A DNA stretch of 32,000 nucleotides from Edaphobacter aggregans (GTDB lineage: Bacteria; Acidobacteriota; Terriglobia; Terriglobales; Acidobacteriaceae): NCBI RefSeq assembly GCF_003945235.1, contig NZ_RSDW01000001.1, positions 1,350,001-1,382,000 on the forward strand. Direction: 5' to 3'. Made by a program: the position numbers and the translations under genes. The notes under the pieces are model-generated. The model made no database searches, was not told the origin of the DNA, and worked only from the letters and a program-made list of their open reading frames with translations. Shown here piece after piece: positions 25,551 through 32,000 of the stretch (positions within the stretch are counted from its first letter, which is position 1; every line of letters begins with the position of its first letter).

Positions 25551-28304
25551 TTACGGTGCCGATTCAGTGCCCAACGGCGTTTTACGTGCGCGACGCAACA
25601 TGCGAATAATAATCTTTTCTACCTCCACGAGAAGGAAGAATATGAAGCCGCCGAGGATGAGCTTTGGCCAAATCCGGAGCGGTATCGGCTCAGTGTCGAA
25701 TAGTGCCTGGAGTGGCGGCGCATAGGTGAAAAGCAATTGCAGCACCACGACAGCACCGATACCCAACGGCAAGTATTTGTTGTCGAGGTGCGCCTTGAGC
25801 GACAACGATGAGCCCACCTTGAAGCGGCTGTTGAGAAGGTAAAAGACCTGACCAATAACTAACGTGTTCACTGCGACAGCCCGCGCCAGGCCGTCGGAGG
25901 CGTCATACGATTTCATCCGGAAGAATGCCCATAGCGTAAGTCCGAGCAGCGCTAATCCGACGAAAATAACGCGCCAGACTCCGAAGCCATCCAGTATCGG
26001 ACGCTCGACTGCACGTGGCGCTCGTTGCATAACATCGGGTTCGTGCGGTTCGAAAGATATCACCAGCCCGAGCGCGACGGAGGTCACCATATTCACCCAG
26101 AGGATTTGTGGCGCGGTGATCGGCGCGGTGAAGCCCACGATAATGGCTACTAGGATGACGAGTGCCTGAGCGACGTTTGTCGGCAACAAGAAGAGTATGG
26201 CTTTCTCGATGTTGTTGAAGACTGTACGCCCTTCTTTGACGGCCGCTGTGATCGAGGCAAAGTTGTCGTCGACGAGCACCATCGAGGCGGCCTCCTTTGT
26301 AACCTCGGTGCCCTTGATCCCCATAGCGACCCCGATGTCAGCTTTCTTTAGTGACGGCGCGTCATTGACTCCGTCACCTGTCATCGCCACTATCTGCTTA
26401 TTCGCCTGAATCGCCTTAACCAGACGCAGCTTGTGTTCGGGGCTCGCTCGTGCGAAGACGTCGACATCACGAACCTTCTCCTGCAGCATGGCCGTATCCA
26501 TCTCTTCAATCTCGGCCCCGGCGATTGCGGTCTTGCCATCGCCGATACCCAGCATCTTGGCTATCGCTGCAGCAGTAATCTTGTGATCTCCAGTTATCAT
26601 CGTTACTCGAATGCCGCCGGCGTGACATTCCTTGACGGCTTCGATCGCCTCTTTGCGCGGTGGGTCAAGCAACCCGATCAAACCAACGAGGACGAGATTC
26701 TTTGGGAGATCCGCTGGCCCTAAGCTTCCTGCGCTGATGCTCGGTTCTTCGAGCCAAGCCAGCCCCAACACGCGCTCGCCCTGCGATGCGAGCTTGTCCG
26801 AAGCTTTAAGGAAATAGTCGAGATCGAGCGGCACAAGCTCCCCACTTGTGACCGCCTGATGCTTGCAATTTTCAAGGATGACTTCCGGCGCGCCTTTGAC
26901 GAGAATCATCCGCTTGCCGTCGGCGTCCTTATGCAGCGTGGCCATGAACTTGTGTTCCGATTCGAATGGGATCGCATCGATCCTGGGATATGTATCCCGC
27001 GCGGCCTTCCGATCGAGCCCGAGCTTATTTCCGAATGGGTATAGGGCTCCTTCGGTTGGGTCGCCTTCAACTTTCCATAGGCCTTCTTCCTGACGGATCT
27101 CCGCGTCGTTGCACAGCATGGAGACCTGTCCCATAAGTTTGAGCACGGGATCTTTGCCTGCGGGTTGACCGTCTTTCAGTACCTGACCTTCGGGTGCGTA
27201 ACCATCGCCTGTCACAACATAAGCCGATTCGCCCGTAACCGCTGACACCACCATCATCTCCATTAGCGTTAGCGTGCCGGTCTTGTCGGAGCAGATGCGT
27301 GAGACCGAACCCAGAGTTTCCACCGCTGGAAGGCGCCGGATGATTGCGTTGCGCTGAGCCATGCGCTGTACGCCTATCGCGAGCGTGACAGTGATGAGTG
27401 CAGGCAATCCCTCAGGAATCACCGACACTGCGATGCTGACAACCGCCTGGAAGATGTTCACGAAGGGCATGCTCCTAACCCATCTGCCGTAGGCAAACAC
27501 GAGGACGGAGACGATCCCAATGATCGCGGTGATGGAATAACCGAAGTTCTTGATCTGGCGCAGTAGAGGTGTCTCGAGCGTGCTGACCGAGGCCATCATC
27601 TGATTGATGCGACCTAGTTCGGTTTCCGGGCCAGTAGCGACCACGATCCCGGTACCGCGTCCGGACACGACCAGCGTTCCTGAGAACGCCATGCCCTCTC
27701 GATCCCCGATCGTAGCCTTGTTGGACACCGCGTTTGTGGTCTTGTCGACGGGCACCGACTCGCCCGTAAGCGCAGCTTCCTCTGTCCGCAGGTTTTTGAC
27801 CTCGACGAGACGAAGGTCCGCCGGGACCTTGTCACCCGATTCGAGAAGCACGACATCGCCCGGCACCAGTTCCTCGGACAGGATCAAACGAATCTCCCCG
27901 CCGCGCAGCGTCCTAGCCTCCGCGGACAGCATATTGCGGATTGAATCGAGCGCCTTCTCGGCCTTGCCTTCCTGAATGAAGCCGAGCAGCGCATTGAGAA
28001 CGACAACGCTCAGAATGATCGCCGAGTCGAGCCACAAGCCGACCATCATCTTGACGAACCCGGCTCCGAGCAAGACATAAACCAGAATATTGTTGAACTG
28101 CTGCAAGAACTTTATAAACGCCGACTGCTTCTTTCCCTCCGGCAGGCGGTTGGGGCCGTATTTCGCCAGGCGCTGTGAGGCCTCGCCTGCGTCGAGGCCT
28201 TTCGCGGGGTCCGTTTGGAGCCGCTTGGCTACTTCGTCTACGGCTATGGCGTGCCAGACCGTCGTTTCACTTGCTGGGGCAGTCGCTGCTGTATTCATCT
28301 GCAC
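25551..28304 (-). CDS. Cation-transporting P-type ATPase, P2 (Ca2+/Mg2+/Na+-type) subfamily
   Basis: The ORF is 917 aa. It has a Cation_ATPase_N motif (VDEVAKRLQTDPAKGLDAGEASQRLAKYGPNRL), TGES, M4 PEGLP, the phosphorylation site CSDKTGTLT, and the hinge motifs MITGDH and TGDGVNDAPSLKKADIGVAMG. Ion specificity cannot be read from the sequence. Confidence 0.9.
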   Translation of the reverse strand: MQMNTAATAPASETTVWHAIAVDEVAKRLQTDPAKGLDAGEASQRLAKYGPNRLPEGKKQSAFIKFLQQFNNILVYVLLGAGFVKMMVGLWLDSAIILSVVVLNALLGFIQEGKAEKALDSIRNMLSAEARTLRGGEIRLILSEELVPGDVVLLESGDKVPADLRLVEVKNLRTEEAALTGESVPVDKTTNAVSNKATIGDREGMAFSGTLVVSGRGTGIVVATGPETELGRINQMMASVSTLETPLLRQIKNFGYSITAIIGIVSVLVFAYGRWVRSMPFVNIFQAVVSIAVSVIPEGLPALITVTLAIGVQRMAQRNAIIRRLPAVETLGSVSRICSDKTGTLTLMEMMVVSAVTGESAYVVTGDGYAPEGQVLKDGQPAGKDPVLKLMGQVSMLCNDAEIRQEEGLWKVEGDPTEGALYPFGNKLGLDRKAARDTYPRIDAIPFESEHKFMATLHKDADGKRMILVKGAPEVILENCKHQAVTSGELVPLDLDYFLKASDKLASQGERVLGLAWLEEPSISAGSLGPADLPKNLVLVGLIGLLDPPRKEAIEAVKECHAGGIRVTMITGDHKITAAAIAKMLGIGDGKTAIAGAEIEEMDTAMLQEKVRDVDVFARASPEHKLRLVKAIQANKQIVAMTGDGVNDAPSLKKADIGVAMGIKGTEVTKEAASMVLVDDNFASITAAVKEGRTVFNNIEKAILFLLPTNVAQALVILVAIIVGFTAPITAPQILWVNMVTSVALGLVISFEPHEPDVMQRAPRAVERPILDGFGVWRVIFVGLALLGLTLWAFFRMKSYDASDGLARAVAVNTLVIGQVFYLLNSRFKVGSSLSLKAHLDNKYLPLGIGAVVVLQLLFTYAPPLQALFDTEPIPLRIWPKLILGGFIFFLLVEVEKIIIRMLRRARKTPLGTESAP

Positions 28305-28346
28305 GCTCCGTTTCGCCCCGCTTCGCGTTGATTTGCTACCGCGGCT

Positions 28347-28517
28347 TTAAGAACACGATGTAGAAGTAGAACGGGCCCTCCAGAACCTCCAAGAAAGCGG
28401 CACGACGTAGGCCACGACAAGTGCGATCGGCAGTCCTAATTTCACGGAGTCCATAAACTTGTATCCATAGGGCCCCACATCGTCAGGTTCACTGGAGCCG
28501 CGAACAGTGTTAGCCAC
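28347..28517 (-). CDS. Hypothetical 56-aa single-pass membrane micro-ORF in the leader of the P-type ATPase gene
   Basis: This ORF is below the track cutoff and was translated by hand: (GTG)MANTVRGSSEPDDVGPYGYKFMDSVKLGLPIALVVAYVVPLSWRFWRARSTSTSCS. It has one hydrophobic helix flanked by Lys/Arg, a G-rich SD-like GGGGG upstream of the GTG, and its stop lies 42 nt before the ATPase ATG. I recognise no homology, so it could be a chance ORF. Confidence 0.25.
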   Translation of the reverse strand: MANTVRGSSEPDDVGPYGYKFMDSVKLGLPIALVVAYVVPLSWRFWRARSTSTSCS

Positions 28518-28902
28518 TCACACCCCCGGACTAGCGACAAGGCTTTGTATATGCCAATAGCGCCTCGTTACTACCTGCGAGCATCTTGGGCTAAACACCC
28601 TAACAGAAAAAATATCAGATAACAAATGGCTTTGTTGAGTTGCCTCTCCGGAGACTTTTAGGCCAATGGCCTCTACGTCCACCTTATAGACAATGGCAGC
28701 ATCACTCCCACCATTACATGCTCCAGATGGAGAATACTGATAGCTTGGGACGCTTGGTCAAAAACTTCATTTGCTGAATCGGCTCATAGCATTGGATAGG
28801 ACGTATGCATTCTCCCTCCCTAGGACTGACCGAAACCTCGCAAAGTGGACGGATTACGCCTGCCATTTCCAATATGATTGTTGTTGCCAACGACAGTCCG
28901 AA

Positions 28903-29006
28903 GATGTTCATGTCGATATGGACGCGTTCTATGCATCGGTAGAGCAACGGGGCGATATCCGTCATTGCGGGGCAAACCCGTTGTCGTAGCATATCAAGGC
29001 AACCGT
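28903..29006 (+). pseudogene. dinB: N-terminal fragment of a Y-family DNA polymerase IV (dinB-like), frameshifted and truncated
   Basis: It translates as DVHVDMDAFYASVEQRGDIRHCG. After a 1-nt frame slip near 28969-28971 it continues GKPVVVAYQGNR. This matches the hallmark DinB N-terminus (VDMDAFYASVEQR...GKPVVV...GNR). There is no plausible start codon just upstream, and similarity ends at about 29006, where a tRNA-Leu-like fragment begins. The remaining roughly 300 codons are absent. Confidence 0.7.
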
Positions 29007-29017
29007 TATTCATTTAC

Positions 29018-29075
29018 TGGGTGTCCGAGGAGACTTGAGCCCACTGCGACCGGTTAAGATCTGCGGATTCTAAGG
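29018..29075 (-). repeat. Diverged copy of the 3' half (anticodon loop to 3' end) of a tRNA-Leu gene, a candidate att-site remnant
   Basis: The plus-strand tgggtgtccgaggagacttgagcccactgcgaccggttaagatctgcggattctaagg aligns with tRNA-Leu at 31036-31092. The core 29047-29069 matches 31065-31087 at 22 of 23 nt. The T-arm and acceptor part is degraded and no longer base-pairs. The orientation is the same as the intact tRNA. Confidence 0.75.
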
Positions 29076-29595
29076 ACGATTTTTGGTTTATGCGTGCTGT
29101 AATTCACTCTGCCACACTAGTAAGGACAAAATCTATATTTATCGCTACAAATCGGGGCGCTAAATTTTTAATCACCATCGGTCTAGCTCCGGAGGAGCCT
29201 TGCTGCCGGTAAGTGAGGACCTCGACGAATTAGAGCACCGCAGACTTATGCATCCACTAAAGCCCTCCAGTCGGAGCACTGGGGAACTCCCCGCCGCGAC
29301 CTTTCTCCAACTGAGTCTACGACTGATTCGTGAGTTGCTAAACAGCATCTAAATTTCGGAACAAGATTTTCCCAGTGGTACCTGAGCAATTTGTTATTGT
29401 CTAGCCATAGACGGCAGTCGATTATCACGCTGTGCACCAATCGTGCCCTGCAATGGCTCTGATCAAAAGGAAATCGCACACGCCATACTCCCAGCGTGAA
29501 CCTAATCGATTTAAGTTGCGGTTTCAAAAGGCTACTTATATTCTGCGTCTGCCACAGCACGTTCGAGGTGGCAATCTCATACCAGGAGAACACTA

Positions 29596-29766
29596 ATGTC
29601 CTTACCGAACCGCGAAGTGTCCATAGGTCACCCGATCTCAAACCAGGAGCCACGCATCGAACTGGACCTCAGCGTTGAAGAAATGGAAGCTCTAAAGCAT
29701 TTACGGAGCAGAACTGGAAAGCTGTCAAATAAAGTCGAGCATATGCGCATCATTTTTCCTGTATAA
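29596..29766 (+). CDS. Hypothetical 56-aa protein with a ribbon-helix-helix (CopG/Arc-like) pattern
   Basis: This ORF is below the track cutoff and was translated by hand: MSLPNREVSIGHPISNQEPRIELDLSVEEMEALKHLRSRTGKLSNKVEHMRIIFPV. AGGAGA lies 6 nt upstream of the ATG. The pattern is a beta-strand (RIELDL), helix (SVEEMEALKHL), a G-x-S turn and a second helix, which resembles RHH proteins. This is pattern-level evidence only. Confidence 0.35.
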   Translation: MSLPNREVSIGHPISNQEPRIELDLSVEEMEALKHLRSRTGKLSNKVEHMRIIFPV

Positions 29767-29853
29767 GCACCGGTAATATGCCCCGTGGATAGGAGTCGTA
29801 CTAGGCTCCTGTTCTTTGGGGTAACCTTGGAAAAATAATAGGAGCTTTCCTGC

Positions 29854-30564
29854 ATGGGCACAGTCGAGTACCTTTCAGCCGCCGAACCTGTAATTAATGA
29901 TCCGACTCACAGCCAGATACTTTGGAATAAAATCCGAGCTGCAGAAAACAGACTAAACTCATCGGGCGATCGATTTTGGAATCACCCTAATCTCGTGGAG
30001 CTTTATCCACAGTTCCTCATACAGATGCATCACACAATGCTCGGTGGCCTTGGACTTATGGACTTCGCAGCCTCGCGCGCAAAGGCCATGCCCCACGATC
30101 CTGTCGCGCAAATTGTTGCTCCATATCTCACTAGGCACCTTACTGAAGAGCAGGACCACATAGAATGGGTTCTGGCTGATCTTGCCGTGCTCGGGGTGGA
30201 TGCCAAGACGGTTCGAGGAACAGCACCAGCAGCCCAAGTGGTCTCGCTCATTGGCGGACAGTATTATTGGATTAATGCCGGTCATCCAGTGGCTTTGTTC
30301 GGATATCTCATCTTACTTGAAGGGTTTGCCCCAATCCCCCATCAGTTAGACTCGATAATGGAGCGTACTGGCCTACCCTCTAGTTCCTTCAGTTGCTTGC
30401 GTGGTCATGCCGAGGACGATCCATCTCATCTCGCCGACCTGAATCATATTTTAGATAGTATGCCACTGACTGCAGAGCAAACTAAGCGAGTAGGATTGAG
30501 CATGTTCAACACCGTCGATACCGTGTCTTCATTGTTAGACGATTTGTCCACACAGGCTAGCTAG
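29854..30564 (+). CDS. Heme-oxygenase-like diiron oxidase/oxygenase (HDO, Haem_oxygenas_2-type iron-containing redox enzyme) candidate
   Basis: The ORF is 236 aa and all-helical, with TAGGAG 9 nt upstream of the ATG. Its ligand-like motifs are spaced as in UndA/CADD-type HDOs: ExxH (TEEQDH), a helix-3 Glu (LILLEGFAP) and HxxxDxxH (GHAEDDPSH). A hairpin terminator follows. Confidence 0.55.
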   Translation: MGTVEYLSAAEPVINDPTHSQILWNKIRAAENRLNSSGDRFWNHPNLVELYPQFLIQMHHTMLGGLGLMDFAASRAKAMPHDPVAQIVAPYLTRHLTEEQDHIEWVLADLAVLGVDAKTVRGTAPAAQVVSLIGGQYYWINAGHPVALFGYLILLEGFAPIPHQLDSIMERTGLPSSSFSCLRGHAEDDPSHLADLNHILDSMPLTAEQTKRVGLSMFNTVDTVSSLLDDLSTQAS

Positions 30565-30609
30565 TTTGGCAACCCCACCAGATCCGGTCGTGCCCTAATC
30601 TAAATTGAA

Positions 30610-30655
30610 AGCCCACCGCCTCTGACTAAGAGAACGGTGGGCTCTATTGCTTTCT
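30610..30655 (+). terminator. Probable rho-independent terminator after the HDO-like gene
   Basis: AGCCCACCG (30610-30618) pairs with CGGTGGGCT (30635-30643). The loop can extend the stem by a further CTCT/AGAG pairing. A moderately T-rich tail (ctattgctttct) follows. The hairpin lies 46 nt after the stop. Confidence 0.45.
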
Positions 30656-31035
30656 GCCTGTCGTGAGCAAAATGAAGGTAGAAGGCTGTACAGAAAATAT
30701 CTGCCTGTCCATCGCCACCGATGTAACTGTCCCGGTTGTGCCGTTGATTGTCAGCAGCGTCGGATATCCAAAAGGAGCGGATCATCCATCTGCCCCATTC
30801 TGTCAACAGAGCAGAACCCCACGAAGGACATGTCTGAGATTTCTACGGCAGTACGATCAAACTTTGTCGAATCGACTAAGCACACGGCCGAGCTAGAGGT
30901 GGGAAATGATCGAAAGAAGAGGACAATCAAACAAACCCTTGATACCATAGGGGTCCAATATTGTGATCGTTGGATAAAAAGCCGACGAGGCTCACTCCGA
31001 TCACGCAGCTTTCAAATTATTCATTATTGCTTTAC

Positions 31036-31124
31036 TGGTGCCCGGAGGGGGACTTGAACCCCCACGACCGGTTAAGGTCTGCGGATTTTAAGTCCGCTGT
31101 GTCTGCCGATTTCACCATCCGGGC
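31036..31124 (-). tRNA. tRNA-Leu, anticodon UAA, class II with long variable arm and encoded CCA
   Basis: I folded the cloverleaf by hand on the minus strand. The acceptor is GCCCGGA/UCCGGGC and the D stem is GUG/CAC. The anticodon stem GCGGA/UCCGC carries loop CUUAAAA, giving anticodon UAA. The variable arm is AGACCUUAACCGGUCGU and the T arm is GGGGG-UUCAAGU-CCCCC, followed by the discriminator A and CCA. Total length is 89 nt. Confidence 0.92.
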
Positions 31125-31248
31125 ATGCGAGAGGCAAGAGAACTCGCTACCTCATCTTATTGCATGCCACGCCTCTTCTCCCAAAGGAACCTTCTCCGTC
31201 CATGCTACGTATAGAAACACACTGCTCCTGATCAGCGGTCATGACTTT

Positions 31249-32000
31249 ATGCCTATACGGGAAATCTTGAAACAGACTCTATCAGCGCTTTGGGAGTCGA
31301 AGCTTCGCAGCTTTCTGACGATGTTCGGCATTGTCTGGGGCATTACGTCGGTAATCCTGCTGGTAGGGCTGGGCATCGGATTCAGCGTTGACCAAAAGGA
31401 GCACCTAAAGACTATAGGCACAGATATCGCCATTATCTTCGGAGGAAAAACCGGTGCGCAGGCCGGCGGTTATGCTGCCGGTCGCGATATTCGCCTGACG
31501 ATCGGTGACGCCATTGCGATCCAGCAGCAGGCTAATCTGGTAAAGACGGTAAGCCCGGAGCTGCGCCGAAGCGTATCCGAAGTCAGCCAGTGGAACGCCG
31601 CCAGTCGCCCGGTGCGTGGTGTGTGGCCCGAGTATCAGCGGTTTCGCTCGCTGACGGTGGAGCAGGGACGCCTGATGAACGAGCAGGACGAGGCCAACGG
31701 CGAGCGCGTGATTCTGCTCGGTGCCGAGGCCAACCGCCAGCTCTTTCCAGGCAAACCGGTCATCGGGCAACCCCTGATGGTCAACGGCTACCAGTACACA
31801 GTCATTGGAGTGCTCGCCAAGAAGAAGCAAAACGGCAGCTACGGCAGCGGCCCGGACAACACACAGCTTTTTACGACGTATTCTGCGATGGCACGTGACT
31901 TCCCTCCCCCTGAGCAGCCGGGAATCATTCGTGGCTTCGTGAACAATATCGTTGTTGAGCCGGTTTCACCAGAGCTGCATGAAAAGGCTCTGGACCAAGT
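31249..32000 (+). CDS. ABC transporter permease, MacB/FtsX family (N-terminal TM plus MacB_PCD periplasmic domain), partial and running off the window
   Basis: This is not in the track because the window contains no stop. Translated by hand it reads MPIREILKQTLSALWESKLRSFLTMFGIVWGITSVILLVGLGIGF...IRLTIGDAIAIQQQANLVKTVSPEL...RVILLGAEANRQLFPGKPVIGQPLMVNGYQYTVIGVLAKK. This is the typical MacB-like N-terminus and periplasmic core domain. Confidence 0.85.
   Translation, partial: MPIREILKQTLSALWESKLRSFLTMFGIVWGITSVILLVGLGIGFSVDQKEHLKTIGTDIAIIFGGKTGAQAGGYAAGRDIRLTIGDAIAIQQQANLVKTVSPELRRSVSEVSQWNAASRPVRGVWPEYQRFRSLTVEQGRLMNEQDEANGERVILLGAEANRQLFPGKPVIGQPLMVNGYQYTVIGVLAKKKQNGSYGSGPDNTQLFTTYSAMARDFPPPEQPGIIRGFVNNIVVEPVSPELHEKALDQ

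Noticed and set aside
28521-28720. A possible M-box or yybP-ykoY (Mn2+) riboswitch upstream of the P-type ATPase, plus the palindrome TCTCCGGAGA (28645-28654) and hairpin AGGCC-AAT-GGCCT (28660-28672).
   Set aside because: Only short core-like strings match (GUUAGGGUG, GUUUAGC, GGGAGUGAUGC). Their spacing and order do not fit the known architectures. The palindromes lack a loop or a following T-tract, so they are not convincing terminators. An Infernal scan is needed before any claim.
28714-29013. A 99-aa minus-strand ORF.
   Set aside because: It is antisense to the dinB remnant, is Cys/Ile/Arg-rich with no motif, and has no SD. It is best explained as a shadow ORF in decayed DNA.
29246-29653. 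A 135-aa minus-strand ORF in the islet.
   Set aside because: Its Trp/Cys/Arg-rich composition is unlike real proteins. It has no recognisable domain or SD, and its start overlaps the better-supported plus-strand RHH-like ORF.
30974-30993. A weak hairpin plus T-run on the minus strand (GAGCC-TCGTC-GGCTT-TTTAT) about 45 nt downstream of tRNA-Leu, considered as a possible tRNA terminator.
   Set aside because: The stem is only 5 bp and includes a G-U pair. That is too weak to report as a feature.
30647-31057. A 136-aa plus-strand ORF (with overlapping 68-77-aa ORFs) between the HDO terminator and tRNA-Leu. I also examined it as a possible integrase remnant.
   Set aside because: It starts inside the terminator hairpin tail and runs into the tRNA gene. 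It is Cys/Arg-rich. I found no tyrosine-recombinase-like motifs (R..HxxR..Y) in any frame by eye.
31239-31898. Minus-strand ORFs at 31239-31433 and 31405-31830, and a plus-strand ORF at 31590-31898.
   Set aside because: These are alternative frames of the clearly recognisable MacB-like permease gene, which starts at 31249 and runs off the window.
1-32000. A search for CRISPR arrays, transposase or IS ends, integrases and known defence-system genes.
   Set aside because: I saw no regularly spaced direct repeats. No ORF has recombinase, nuclease-helicase or other defence-type motifs. The only mobile-element signature is the tRNA-Leu partial duplication reported above.

Overview
The window looks like a chromosomal segment from an Acidobacteriota (Terriglobia-like) genome. 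That assignment is an inference from gene families: TIGR03435/TIGR03436-type proteins, CarboxypepD_reg-type outer-membrane barrels and a MacB-like permease. From 214 to 28304 every real gene is on the minus strand.

(1) 214-8062 is a tightly coupled four-gene operon. It encodes a BlaI-family repressor, a BlaR1/M56 protease with a TIGR03435-like ectodomain, a CarboxypepD_reg/TonB-dependent-receptor-like barrel and a secreted VWA protein.

(2) 8320-11574 is a second, stand-alone barrel gene of the same type with its own terminator.

(3) 11809-22279 is an eight-gene cluster: an RsbW-like kinase, a phosphorylatable STAS protein, MlaE/MlaF/MlaD-like ABC lipid-transporter genes, a PqiC/DUF330-like lipoprotein, a 1583-aa hybrid histidine kinase with Hpt, and a REC-PP2C phosphatase. 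No sigma factor is present. This is my best candidate for an undescribed system: a partner switch whose output may be the MCE/Mla transporter itself.

(4) 22889-28304 encodes PPK2, a Na/Pi-cotransporter/PhoU-domain protein and a P2-type cation ATPase. A possible 56-aa single-pass micro-ORF lies in the ATPase leader.

(5) 28500-31124 is a decayed integration hotspot. It holds a dinB N-terminal pseudogene fragment abutting a diverged copy of the 3' half of tRNA-Leu. About 2 kb further on is the intact tRNA-Leu(UAA). The flanked islet has no integrase, but it carries a small ribbon-helix-helix-like ORF and an orphan heme-oxygenase-like diiron oxidase (HDO) candidate.

(6) 31249 to the window end is a partial MacB/FtsX-type ABC permease on the plus strand.

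I saw no CRISPR array, transposase, integrase or recognisable defence system. Most other ORFs in the six-frame track are antisense or frame shadows of these genes.
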